From Candidatus Doudnabacteria bacterium RIFCSPHIGHO2_12_FULL_48_16 (GTDB lineage Bacteria; Patescibacteriota; Doudnabacteria; UBA920; O2-02-FULL-48-8), in contig MFEY01000004.1 of NCBI GenBank assembly GCA_001780035.1, positions 10,399 through 74,398 on the forward strand: a stretch of DNA of 64,000 nucleotides. The letters are read 5' to 3'. The notes below the pieces were generated by a model. That model ran no database searches, was not told where the DNA came from, and saw only the letters and a list, made by a program, of their open reading frames with translations. The position numbers and the translations under genes were made by a program. Shown here one piece after another: positions 36,074 through 45,409 of the stretch. Positions within the stretch are counted from its first letter, which is position 1. Each line of letters starts with the position of its first letter.

Positions 36074-37468
36074 ATGTGGCACTTCACGAAAATGCTACGT
36101 GCGTCGTCGTTTACCTTTGGCACATACACAGTTGATGCCGCTCGCTCAACAATCACCTTTACATACCGTGTGGAATTTCAAAGCGGGAGAATAAGGACGT
36201 ATACTGATCGTCTCTTTTTTGAAGGCGTATCACCAGAATTGTGGGAGAAGGTACCCAAAGCCGTGTTAGAGGCGACACTCCAGGCACTGCTCCTTATGAT
36301 CGGCATCAACTACTGGTGTGTCCTCCCGACTAACAATATTCGTATTGAAGGGTTTACGCTTACGCGTGAGCAGGCCCGCTTCTGGGACTCGCTCTATTTA
36401 AATGGACTTGGCGAATTTTTCTATTTCAATAAGATCGATTTCCATAATCTTATTTCTTTTCCGTACGACGATTCCGCTACCGTGCCTAGGGCCGCCCGAT
36501 TCGAACCACCCAAGCGAGCGCTTCTCTTGAACGGAGCGGGTAAAGATTCCATCCTTTCGGCCGAAATGTTGAAAGCGTCAGGTACGCCATTTGATTTTTT
36601 CGCTTTTGCCCCGACACCTGCGCACAAACGTATTGCTGCGCTCGTCGGTGCTAAAACTATAACTGTCAAGCGTCGTCGCGACTCACAACTCGGATGGATC
36701 ACTCTATTCCTTGGAATATCGAGTGCATACCCGTCGGTCTCCACGTTTACGTTCATAGCCACACTGCTCGCTGAACTTCTCGGCTACAACTCGATCATCT
36801 TTTCCAACGAACGCAGCGCTGATTTCGGCAATCTCACCTACCTCGGCTTGCCGGTGAATCATCAATGGTGCAAATCATCCGAGGCAGAAAAGTTGACCAA
36901 CGATTACATACAATCCTTTATAACACCCGACATTTCGATGCGCTCGCTCTTGCGGCAATATAGCGAACTGGAGATTGTGCGGCGTTTCGTGCGCTATCCG
37001 CAGTATCTCTACAACTTTACGAGTTGTAACACCTATTTTTGGCTTCCTCGTATCCAGCAACTCCTGTTACGCACAAATTACTGGTGCAATTCATGTCCGA
37101 AATGCGTATTCCTCTTTGCCTGCTTCTCGGCATTTCTGCCAAAAAAAGAAATGATTAATATCTTCGGTGCCGATCTCTATGCTAAAAAGCACCTCCTGCC
37201 TCTGTTCAGGCGCATCCTTGGCATTGAAGGATTTAAGCCGTTTGATTGTGTTGGTGAACCTGAAGAAATGATTCTCGCTATGCATTATGCGGCACAATGC
37301 AAGGAATATTCCGGTGAACCGGCGATGCGGCTTTTTGAAGAATATTTTCCGCCAGACTACAATTTTGATGAGCTCGCGCGGAGGGTCTTCGCCGATGACC
37401 ATGATGAGATAATGGAGACACGACCTGATCTGTACCCCGAAGTAGTGTCTCATTTGTCCCATTTGTAA
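36074..37468 (+). CDS. PP-loop ATP pyrophosphatase superfamily protein with a QueC-like core and unique N- and C-terminal extensions
   Basis: LLLNGAGKDS (SGGxDS-like) at about residue 155; SCNTY...CNSCPKC Zn motif resembling QueC SCY...CGKCDSC. Codon usage differs from neighbouring genes. Confidence 0.5.
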   Translation: MWHFTKMLRASSFTFGTYTVDAARSTITFTYRVEFQSGRIRTYTDRLFFEGVSPELWEKVPKAVLEATLQALLLMIGINYWCVLPTNNIRIEGFTLTREQARFWDSLYLNGLGEFFYFNKIDFHNLISFPYDDSATVPRAARFEPPKRALLLNGAGKDSILSAEMLKASGTPFDFFAFAPTPAHKRIAALVGAKTITVKRRRDSQLGWITLFLGISSAYPSVSTFTFIATLLAELLGYNSIIFSNERSADFGNLTYLGLPVNHQWCKSSEAEKLTNDYIQSFITPDISMRSLLRQYSELEIVRRFVRYPQYLYNFTSCNTYFWLPRIQQLLLRTNYWCNSCPKCVFLFACFSAFLPKKEMINIFGADLYAKKHLLPLFRRILGIEGFKPFDCVGEPEEMILAMHYAAQCKEYSGEPAMRLFEEYFPPDYNFDELARRVFADDHDEIMETRPDLYPEVVSHLSHL

Positions 37469-37873
37469 AATTCTCGCCTTAACCATGAGAGCCAAAAAAT
37501 CAAAATAAGACAGCGGTTTGTTACTGTCTCACAGCCAAATGCAACATATCCTAAACCCCGGTTTTAACGTTGCATTTGAACAGCCTGATGAAGTATCTAA
37601 TAATGCCTATTTTGGAACACGGCACGCGGGCTTAAGGCGTGTTCCAAATGTTCCAAAATCCATCTTGGAGTGCAAATCACCAATACTATAGACTGTCCCA
37701 AACTGTCCCATTTTGCTAAAACCAACGCCTACCGAGAGCCATTAATCAACAAGGGAAGGGTTATACCAAAACCTCTTTGAAAATGTTATCATGGGTAAGT
37801 AAGATCGACTTGTTCTGCCAAATGCTTTGAATAAAGTGTCTCCCCCCCGCCGTTCGCGAGCGGCGGGGTCTAA

Positions 37874-37901
37874 AACCGTTCGCGTAGGTCCGATTCCTAC
37901 A
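37874..37901 (+). repeat. tRNA 3'-half-like remnant GTAGGtccgattCCTACatcccccgCCA, a degenerate copy of the tRNA-Trp T-arm and acceptor end
   Basis: About 70% identical to the tRNA-Trp 3' 32 nt, with compensatory stem changes. Confidence 0.4.
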
Positions 37902-37907
37902 TCCCCC

Positions 37908-37932
37908 GCCAAAAAATCACCTGTTCAAGCAG
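37908..37932. terminator. Bidirectional terminator CACCTGttcaagCAGGTG with T-runs on both strands
   Basis: Hairpin plus TTTTTT. Confidence 0.6.
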
Positions 37933-37973
37933 GTGGTTTTTTGATTATAGCCGGCTCAGACGTATGGTTTTGG

Positions 37974-38696
37974 TCATTTGGCCACGGGCAGCGTGAAATA
38001 AAATGTTGTGCCTTTGTTTTCTTCGGACTTAAACCAGATCCGGCCGCCGGAGGCTTCGATAAAAATCTTGGAGATAAACAACCCGAGGCCCGTGCCGGTC
38101 GTTTCAAGAGTCAGCACATTGGTCCCCCGAAAAAAGCGGTTGAATATCTGGCTTTGCTGCTCTTTCGGAATCCCGACTCCGGTATCGGCAATCGAAACCA
38201 GGGCAAACTCCCCGTCCCGGCCGAGGTTAACCGCGATCCGGCCGCCGTCCGGGGTAAAGGCAATGGCATTGGAAATCAGGTTGTTGACCGCTTGCTTGAT
38301 CTTATTCGGTTCGGTGCGCACTAGCGGGAACGGTTCCTGCTCGATCGTAAAACTGACCTGAAGTTTTTTCTTTTTAATTTCTTTTTCTTTTTCCTTAACC
38401 ATGCTCTGGACAATGTCGGTTAAATCCGTCGCTTGCAGATAAAGCTTAGTTTGGCCCTGCTCAATCCGAGAAACTTCCAGCAAATCATTGACCAGGGCGA
38501 TCATGCGCTCGTTAGAGCTGTTAATCTTCTCGATAAAATCTTTTTGCTTTTTGTTGAGATTGCCAGTATCGGATTTTTGCAGTAATTCCAATAACCACTT
38601 AATTCCCGACAACGGCGTGCGCAACTGGTGGGAAGTTAAATTTACGAAATCCGATTGAACCTTGCTTAGCGAATTCTTTTTCTTTTTTTCGGCCAT
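37974..38696 (-). CDS. Soluble histidine kinase (HisKA plus HATPase_c)
   Basis: H-box LTSHQLRTPLSGI; N, G1 and G2 boxes. Confidence 0.8.
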   Translation of the reverse strand: MAEKKKKNSLSKVQSDFVNLTSHQLRTPLSGIKWLLELLQKSDTGNLNKKQKDFIEKINSSNERMIALVNDLLEVSRIEQGQTKLYLQATDLTDIVQSMVKEKEKEIKKKKLQVSFTIEQEPFPLVRTEPNKIKQAVNNLISNAIAFTPDGGRIAVNLGRDGEFALVSIADTGVGIPKEQQSQIFNRFFRGTNVLTLETTGTGLGLFISKIFIEASGGRIWFKSEENKGTTFYFTLPVAK

Positions 38697-38701
38697 AAAA
38701 A

Positions 38702-40474
38702 TTATTTAATTGCCGCCGGAGCCGCGACCACCGGGGCCGATTCAGGGCTTATCGGTAAGGCGCAAAAGAAGGTCGAGCCGCGGTCGACTTCCGAAAACAC
38801 CCCGACCGTGCCGCCATGAGCTTCCACGATGCCTTTGCAGATAACCAACCCCAGGCCTGTGCCTTTTTTTTCGGACGCCGCCGATTGCTCAAGCTGGGTG
38901 AACTTATTGAACAGTTTTGACAACTGGTCATCGGGAATTCCCAAACCGGTATCGGTTACGGCCAAAACCAGCTCGTCCGCACCAAAACTTGGATCTTTGA
39001 GTCCCGGCCAAACCAGGCCCTGGGAGGCGACCTTCTCCGACAATTTTTGGCCTTTTTTTAAAATGAATGCCGAGACCATGATTTTACCCTGCTTGGTAAA
39101 TTTGATCGAGTTGGAAATAAAATTGTTAAGAACCTGGCCGATTTTATTGTCATCCACGGATACGGGCCCGATCCCCTCCTCAATCCGGCTTTCGAGGGCC
39201 AGATGATTGTCCTGAGCCAGGGAGCTGAACGACTGGATGCGCATTTTGACCACGTCGCCGATATTGGTTGCGCGCCGCATGATCTGGAACTTGCCGGCTT
39301 CCAGTTTGGCCACATCGAGCAGATCATTGACCAAATCCAGCATCGAAGCGGAGTTGGAAACGATCAATTCAATAAAATCCTGATATTTTTTCTGCTCATT
39401 CTTTATCTTGTCCTCTTTGAGCAGGTTGGCAATCGAGCGGATGCCGGTCAACGGGCTGCGTAATTCATGGACCATCATGGAAGTGAAATCGTCCCGCATT
39501 TTTTCGATGGCTTTTTCCTTGGTGATATCATGAAATAAAACCACCGCGCCCAGAGCCTCGTTGGCCGAATCTTTCACCGGGCTGATCAGAATTCGCAAGA
39601 CTTTGTCGTTGATTTGAACCTGCTCCTCCACCAAGAGCTTGTCGTTGCGGATACTTTCTTCGATTTTGGTCCGCAGGTCCATTTTCGAAGCCAACTGATC
39701 CAAGACATCAAAAATCGTGGCCGAAGATTTGGCAATGCCGAGCATTAGCCGGGCCTGCGGGTTGATTACCAGCAGCCGATTTTTTGTATCCACCATCAAC
39801 ACTCCGTCGGCCATGGATTCGACCATGGAGTTTAGCTTGCCTTTTTCCTGGGTCAGAATGTTTTCGAGTTTCGACACCGCGGTGGAAGCCTGGTTCATAA
39901 TCGTATAAAGAATTGTCATTTCTTCTTCTTTATACAGACCGTCTTTGGTGGAAGAAATGTTGAGCAAGCCAACCGGCTGGTCGTTGATCACAACCGGGAT
40001 GTTGAAGAACGATTTGGCCGAGTTCTTGTTTGTCTCGTCGGTAATGGTGCCGGAAATGCTTTCATCGATCTCATCGAGTTTAATTTCATGGCCGGCGAGA
40101 GCTGATAGTGCCGCTACCATGCCATTTTTAACTTCCGTAATGAAATTTTTATTGACTGATTCTTCTAGAACGCAATGGAAAATGACCTTACCTTCTTCGC
40201 CCAGCAACAAATAACCGACGGTCGAGTAATCCAAAAGGTTGCGCAAGGAGCCGATGATAACATCCACAATTTTTTGCACATTTAACGAATAACCGATGCG
40301 GTCGCCCAGTTCCTTCAAAATGGAAACTTCATACATGCGCCGCTGCATTTCCGTTTCTTTTGTATGCAGGCTATTGCGCATCCGCTTATTCTCGATCCAA
40401 ATAAAAACAAGGACAATCGCCGTATAGATTGCCAGAAGTGAAAAGATTTGAGTATATTGAAGCCCAAACATCAA
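38702..40474 (-). CDS. Membrane-anchored sensor histidine kinase with GAF/PAS-like sensor domains
   Basis: N-terminal TM; H-box HELRSPLTGI; HATPase motifs. Confidence 0.8.
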   Translation of the reverse strand: MMFGLQYTQIFSLLAIYTAIVLVFIWIENKRMRNSLHTKETEMQRRMYEVSILKELGDRIGYSLNVQKIVDVIIGSLRNLLDYSTVGYLLLGEEGKVIFHCVLEESVNKNFITEVKNGMVAALSALAGHEIKLDEIDESISGTITDETNKNSAKSFFNIPVVINDQPVGLLNISSTKDGLYKEEEMTILYTIMNQASTAVSKLENILTQEKGKLNSMVESMADGVLMVDTKNRLLVINPQARLMLGIAKSSATIFDVLDQLASKMDLRTKIEESIRNDKLLVEEQVQINDKVLRILISPVKDSANEALGAVVLFHDITKEKAIEKMRDDFTSMMVHELRSPLTGIRSIANLLKEDKIKNEQKKYQDFIELIVSNSASMLDLVNDLLDVAKLEAGKFQIMRRATNIGDVVKMRIQSFSSLAQDNHLALESRIEEGIGPVSVDDNKIGQVLNNFISNSIKFTKQGKIMVSAFILKKGQKLSEKVASQGLVWPGLKDPSFGADELVLAVTDTGLGIPDDQLSKLFNKFTQLEQSAASEKKGTGLGLVICKGIVEAHGGTVGVFSEVDRGSTFFCALPISPESAPVVAAPAAIK

Positions 40475-40483
40475 AAGAATTGA

Positions 40484-40789
40484 TTAAGCTTTGGTGGCAG
40501 CAGCCAGTTGGGAAAAGCCGACTCCCAGCATTATCAGGCCCAGTAAACTTAAGCTATCCTGAGCCAGTGACAAACTGGGGCTGTTGGCAATTATGGAAAA
40601 ATTGATCAAGACCCGCTCCAGCACGGCCACGGCCACAAACAACATGCCCAAGCCCAAAAAACGGACGGCCCGCCCGATGATCCCGCCGTAAACCCTGGTC
40701 GTGACCCAGAGGTTATAAAACACACCGATGATTATGATGGCAATGAAGGCCTGGATGAACAAATTGGCCTGGGACGAAAAATCGTACAT
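40484..40789 (-). CDS. Small 3-TM membrane protein (hypothetical)
   Basis: Hydrophobic 101-aa ORF within the two-component operon. Confidence 0.35.
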   Translation of the reverse strand: MYDFSSQANLFIQAFIAIIIIGVFYNLWVTTRVYGGIIGRAVRFLGLGMLFVAVAVLERVLINFSIIANSPSLSLAQDSLSLLGLIMLGVGFSQLAAATKA

Positions 40790-40792
40790 ATT

Positions 40793-41062
40793 TTAAATAT
40801 TTAATTTTATTCCCGGGTATTTGGCAAACACGGGATTGAGAATATTTTTGACAATCTGTCCGGACAAGGCGATATATTCGTTGATCAGATTTTGCAAAAT
40901 TTGCTGCGGATCCCCGTCCAGGCTTTCCACTTTGCCGGAACTGTCAAAATTCAAGCCGGTCACATTTTTCGCCTTGATCAAAACGATCGACGGCCCCAAA
41001 ATCAGCGTCTGCTTGGCAATAATGTCGTTGATAAGATTTTTGTAATCTTCGGGTTCAGCCAT
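40793..41062 (-). CDS. Hypothetical 89-aa protein
   Basis: ORF within the operon; no domain recognised. Confidence 0.35.
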   Translation of the reverse strand: MAEPEDYKNLINDIIAKQTLILGPSIVLIKAKNVTGLNFDSSGKVESLDGDPQQILQNLINEYIALSGQIVKNILNPVFAKYPGIKLNI

Positions 41063-41093
41063 TTGATTTGAGTTTCTACAGACGGGGGTTTAA

Positions 41094-41519
41094 TTAAGCT
41101 TGCGGCGGCACCGTTGGCGTCGCGAGTGTCCCAAATTGTTTGCGTTCAAGCACGGTTTTAATCTTGCTGACCAGTTCTTCCAGGCGGTAATTGGCCTTGA
41201 CCAGATAGTCCATGGCGCCAAGCGATAATGCGTCCGAAACTTTGTCATAGTCGGAAAGGTTAGTCAAAATTACGACCGGGATATCTTTGCTAGCCGGACT
41301 GTCTTTGATTTGCTTGAGAGCCCCGATGCCATCTAGGCGCGGCATAACCAAATCCAAAAGAATCAAATCTGGTTTTTCTGAAGCCGCTTTTTCGACCCCC
41401 TCGACTCCGTCTTTGGCGCCGACTACTTCAAAGCCCTCTTGTTTAAGTTCCTCGGACAGAGCGGTTAGAAGAATTTCCTCGTCTTCAACGACCAAAATCC
41501 TAGTTTTTTTGTCTTCCAT
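41094..41519 (-). CDS. Stand-alone response regulator receiver domain (CheY-like)
   Basis: VVEDEE, LILLDLVMP (phospho-acceptor Asp), conserved K. Confidence 0.8.
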   Translation of the reverse strand: MEDKKTRILVVEDEEILLTALSEELKQEGFEVVGAKDGVEGVEKAASEKPDLILLDLVMPRLDGIGALKQIKDSPASKDIPVVILTNLSDYDKVSDALSLGAMDYLVKANYRLEELVSKIKTVLERKQFGTLATPTVPPQA

Positions 41520-41568
41520 GCTATTTTTGTTAATAATTTGTTTCTTTGAGCTAATTTAAAGCTTTAAT

Positions 41569-41577
41569 ATTATAGCA
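41569..41577 (-). promoter_or_regulatory. Extended -10 TGCTATAAT for the two-component operon
   Basis: Motif match about 50 nt upstream of the start. Confidence 0.45.
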
Positions 41578-41645
41578 TAAACATCTGTCAAAAGTAAAAT
41601 AATATTCCCGTAAAGAAAAAATACCTCTTTTCGAGGTATTTTTTC

Positions 41646-41732
41646 TGGTGGGCAGGATAGGATTCGAACCTATGAAGGCGCAAGGCCAGCTGATTTACAG
41701 TCAGCCGCGTTTGACCACTTCGCTACCTGCCC
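41646..41732 (-). tRNA. tRNA-Tyr (anticodon GTA), long variable arm
   Basis: Hand-folded: acceptor GGGCAGG, anticodon loop CTGTAAA, T-loop GGTTCGAATCC, CCA. Confidence 0.75.
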
Positions 41733-41775
41733 CTTCGGGGTCCCCAAAAAATGTTTTAGCATTTTTGGGGTTTTC

Positions 41776-41851
41776 TGGAGCCGGCTGTCGGATTTGAACC
41801 GACGACCTGCTGTTTACAAAACAGCTGCTCTGCCAACTGAGCTAAGCCGGC
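41776..41851 (-). tRNA. tRNA-Thr (anticodon TGT)
   Basis: Acceptor GCCGGCT, anticodon loop TTTGTAA, T-loop GGTTCAAATCC, CCA. Confidence 0.75.
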
Positions 41852-41873
41852 ATGTCCGACAAGCTATTTTAGC

Positions 41874-42725
41874 CTATATTTTTAATTTCATCAATTTCTC
41901 CCGGGCGAATTTGTTGGTCGGTTCAACCGCCAAAATTTGCTCCAGAACTTCTTCGGCGCGGACTTGGTTTCCAATTTTTATGTAAGCATCAGCCAGCAGC
42001 GTCAAATAATTGGTATTCAGTTTATCGAGCGTGATCGCCTGACTGAGCGCCTTAATGGCCCGGACGGTTTCGTCCAGGGCTAGGAAACAGAGCGCCAAAT
42101 TAATCCAGCGAGTCGGGATTTTACTGTTAATGGCCAGGGCTTTTTCGTAGCACTGCACGGCCTTGGGAAATTCTCCCAGAGAATAATAAGACAATCCCAG
42201 ATTGCTAAAATAAATATCGCGGGCGGGATCAAGCTTGATCAGATACTCATAAGTCTGGGCTGCTTCCGTAAAGTTTTTAACCTGAAGATAATGCCGACCA
42301 AGGGATTCGTAAGCCTGTTTGTCGGTGGGATTTTTTTTGATCGCTTCTAGGTAAGTCTCTTCCGGATTCAAGCGCTCCCCGGTTTTCACAGTCAACTCCT
42401 GGGCCTCCGGCAGCCAGAGCGGCTCTTGTTCGGACGAGCGGATCCGGATCCGGAAGACGCTCTTGACTTTCTGATACTGAGTTTGAATGGTTTTGGCAGT
42501 AGCGGGTTTTAAATCCTTAGCCTCCAGGACAAAATGCCACAGGCTCTGGCCCATAACCTTCAGCTTGGACCTAAAATAAGTCCGGAGCCGGGTCGGTTGC
42601 TCGACCGCGCTGGTTAATCGAACTTTAACTAGCGGGCGTTGAAGGACCTGGGAAAACCGAAACAAAAACAAACCCATGATTGTGAGCAGTGAGACAATGA
42701 AAACAATGGCGGCAAAAATTACCAT
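41874..42725 (-). CDS. TPR-repeat protein with N-terminal membrane anchor
   Basis: Multiple 34-aa TPR-like repeats. Confidence 0.6.
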   Translation of the reverse strand: MVIFAAIVFIVSLLTIMGLFLFRFSQVLQRPLVKVRLTSAVEQPTRLRTYFRSKLKVMGQSLWHFVLEAKDLKPATAKTIQTQYQKVKSVFRIRIRSSEQEPLWLPEAQELTVKTGERLNPEETYLEAIKKNPTDKQAYESLGRHYLQVKNFTEAAQTYEYLIKLDPARDIYFSNLGLSYYSLGEFPKAVQCYEKALAINSKIPTRWINLALCFLALDETVRAIKALSQAITLDKLNTNYLTLLADAYIKIGNQVRAEEVLEQILAVEPTNKFAREKLMKLKI

Positions 42726-42733
42726 AGGTATTG

Positions 42734-43318
42734 TTAGACACCCAAAACAAATCTGACAAACCGGCGCACTTGGATATTTTCGCCGAGCTTACCGACTTTT
42801 TCGGCGACCAGATCTTTAACTTTTTTGTCTGGCTCACGCACGTATGGCTGATCCAGCAGGCAAACCTGTTCGTAATATTTTTCCAGCTTGCCGGCCATAA
42901 TTTGCTCCTGCATATTCGCCGGCTTGTCCTTGATTTGTTCCGCGTAAATCTGCTTTTCATTATCAATCGCGTTGGCTGGCACTTCTTCGCGCGAAACATA
43001 CAGTGGCGAAGCTGCCGCAATATGGAGGGCAATTTCATTGCCCAATTCTTTAAATTCCTGATTGCGGGCCACGAAGTCCGTTTCGCAGTTAAGCTCCAGC
43101 AGCACCCCGACCTTATCGCCGGCGTGGATATACGAGGTTATAATTCCTTCTTTCGCCGAGCGTTCAGCTTTTTTGGCCAGGGACGCGTGGCCTTTCTTAC
43201 GCAAATAAACCACGGCGTCCTGAAAACTGGCTGATTCCTGGAGGGCTTTTTTGGCGTCCATCATTCCGGCGCCGGTCTGGTCCCGCAATTTTTTGATTTC
43301 ATCTGGTGTAATATTCAT
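42734..43318 (-). CDS. tsf: Elongation factor Ts
   Basis: N-terminal UBA-like IKKLRDQTGAGMMDAKKAL. Confidence 0.9.
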   Translation of the reverse strand: MNITPDEIKKLRDQTGAGMMDAKKALQESASFQDAVVYLRKKGHASLAKKAERSAKEGIITSYIHAGDKVGVLLELNCETDFVARNQEFKELGNEIALHIAAASPLYVSREEVPANAIDNEKQIYAEQIKDKPANMQEQIMAGKLEKYYEQVCLLDQPYVREPDKKVKDLVAEKVGKLGENIQVRRFVRFVLGV

Positions 43319-43365
43319 ACGTTTATTTTTTTAATCTTATAGCTATCAACTTTCAATTATTGTGG

Positions 43366-44097
43366 CTATTTCGCGACCGCTGCGGCTTCGGTCTGCGTGA
43401 TCATGTTCTGAGACAGCTGAACCCGACCTTCATTGATCGCCTCAGCCATAATGTGCGCCATAAAGCTGATAACCTTAATTGCATCATCGTTGGACGGGAT
43501 CATGTAATCGATTTTGGTCGGGTCGGAATTGGTATCCACGATTCCGATCACTTTGACTTTGCTCTGGCGCGATTCTTCCACCGGAATATGGTCATATTTG
43601 GCGTCAAGAACGAAAATTGCGTCCGGCAGCTTTTTCATGTCTTTGATCCCGGAAAAAAATGTTTTCATTTTTTCCACTTCTCGGGCAATCATCAGCTGTT
43701 CTTTCTTTGTGTATTTTTTGATCTCGCCGTCTGCGATCATTTTTTCATATCGGTCCATTTTTTTGATCGTTCGCTGGATCGTCCGGAAGTTGGTAAATGT
43801 CCCGCCTAGCCAGCGTGTGACCACGTAGGGCATGCCGCAGGATTCGGCGGCTTTGCGAACGTCTTCTTTGGCTTGCCGCTTGGTACCCACGAATAAGATT
43901 GTTCCACCGGCACTGGCTGTGACCTTGGCAAAATTCAAAGCTTCCAACAATTTTTGCTTGGTTTTTTCCAAATCAAAAATATGGATGCTGTTGCGGGTGG
44001 TAAAGATAAAGGGAGCCATTTTGGGATTCCACAACGATTTCTTGTGTCCAAAATGCACGCCCGCCTTTAACATCTCCATCAAGGTGATGTTGCGCAT
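43366..44097 (-). CDS. rpsB: Ribosomal protein S2
   Basis: LKAGVHFGHKKSLWNPKM. Confidence 0.9.
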   Translation of the reverse strand: MRNITLMEMLKAGVHFGHKKSLWNPKMAPFIFTTRNSIHIFDLEKTKQKLLEALNFAKVTASAGGTILFVGTKRQAKEDVRKAAESCGMPYVVTRWLGGTFTNFRTIQRTIKKMDRYEKMIADGEIKKYTKKEQLMIAREVEKMKTFFSGIKDMKKLPDAIFVLDAKYDHIPVEESRQSKVKVIGIVDTNSDPTKIDYMIPSNDDAIKVISFMAHIMAEAINEGRVQLSQNMITQTEAAAVAK

Positions 44098-44099
44098 AA

Positions 44100-44890
44100 A
44101 CTATAAGTTCCTTTCTTCGGCTACTTTCGTCATCTGATTGTCGGATTTCCACGGTTCATTGTCTTGATCCGTAAAAACAGGCCCGAAACCATCAGCCACC
44201 GCCTTAGCGGGGTCCCGCCTACTATTTAGACCAATAGCAGTGGCGGGAAAAGTATGAATGATTAATAGCCAAACGAGTTTAACATAAAACCGTCCGGAAA
44301 GCAAGACAGGCAAGAAAAAAGAGGCGCCAAACGGGGAGCCTCGAACGCTAAGGGGGGTGACCAGGCTCGCAGAATCGCTACGAACCAAGGCGGAGTCGGT
44401 GGCAGCGCCCGGTGAGTCAAAACGCGTTGACCCAGTCACTCCCCCTCGTTTCCGTTGTTTCCGGCCCTGAATGTGTTCGTGTAAGTTTTGTCTTCACCTG
44501 TTATGAAGCCTTACAAGAACAGTCAGCCAGTCAGTGTGTCACATCACCGCCGGTTTTTTGACCTTCCGCAACGGAAATTTAATTCCCTCTTTATAATTCG
44601 GGTAAGCCGGACCAAAGTTAGCTAGGCGCTCCCAAAGCGCCCCGGCCCACTCCGGTCCGGCTCCTCACTTGCCGATCCTTCCCCTCCAATGGTGCGTCAA
44701 AACAGCATCAAGCTCTCCGGCTGCAAAAAATTGCCGGGGCATCAGATAACTGCTCTGAAACAGCTGTGTCGAAGCTGAGAACCCTAACAGCTGTTTTTTC
44801 CTCGCCGAGGACCGAACAAGATCGTAAGTAAGCACACCCTAACAATTTTTGGCCGGACTGTCAATCCCGCTTGACCGGATCGGGTTTTTG
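44100..44890. other. Roughly 0.8 kb GC-rich noncoding region with many stable nested hairpins; candidate structured RNA of unknown class
   Basis: No credible ORF in any frame. GC visibly above the local background. Plus-strand intrinsic terminator at 44758-44810. Confidence 0.35.
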
Positions 44891-44914
44891 TGCTAGAATT
44901 TTTGAGCTATGAAT

Positions 44915-45020
44915 CCCATTAGAAATTCGAATGCATTCAAACTACTGCATAAGAATTATAACCAGCGGGGAATAATACAAGCTAAGCCAATTTACTAACT
45001 AATCAAAATTTCTAAACGGG
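44915..45020 (+). repeat. Inverted-repeat element copy d (CCCATTAGAAAT...AAATTTCTAAACGGG) forming the rpmE 5' UTR and abutting the ATG
   Basis: -10 TGCTAGAAT at 44891. Shares the TAACTAATCA subterminal segment with copies a and b. Confidence 0.6.
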
Positions 45021-45269
45021 ATGAAAAAAGACTTACACCCCCAATATTTTACCAACGCGAAGATTGTTTGCGCCTGCGGCAATACCTTTGTTACCGGCTC
45101 TACCAAGCAAGAGCTGCATGTTGAAATTTGCGCCAACTGCCATCCGTTCTACACCGGCAAACAAAACCTGATCGACGCTGCGGGGACGATTGATAAATTC
45201 AAGAAAAAAGCGGCCAAGAGCACGGAACTGAAAGCCAAGAAAATTTCTAAAAAACTCCAAGCCGCTTAA
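45021..45269 (+). CDS. rpmE: Ribosomal protein L31
   Basis: MKKDLHPQY...CxCG...CxxCHPFYTG. Confidence 0.9.
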   Translation: MKKDLHPQYFTNAKIVCACGNTFVTGSTKQELHVEICANCHPFYTGKQNLIDAAGTIDKFKKKAAKSTELKAKKISKKLQAA

Positions 45270-45409
45270 TATACAAAAAATACGCCAAAAGAGCTATACT
45301 TCAGCTAGGCGTATTTTTTGTTAATTTTCAATTAACAAGCATCAATGATCAAATAATAATCAATAAATCAATTGTCAATTAAATACTTGAAAATTGATAA
45401 TTAACCCAT

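Noticed and set aside
44101-44439. 112-aa ORF upstream of rpsB
   Set aside because: S/G/A-rich low-complexity translation in a GC-rich noncoding region; more likely part of a structured RNA or leader.
44100-44890. RNase P RNA, tmRNA or SRP RNA identity for the GC-rich region
   Set aside because: The universal cores (GGAAAGUCCGG; tRNA-like GGUUCGA...CCA end; helix-8 GGAA context) are not matched. Left as an unclassified candidate.
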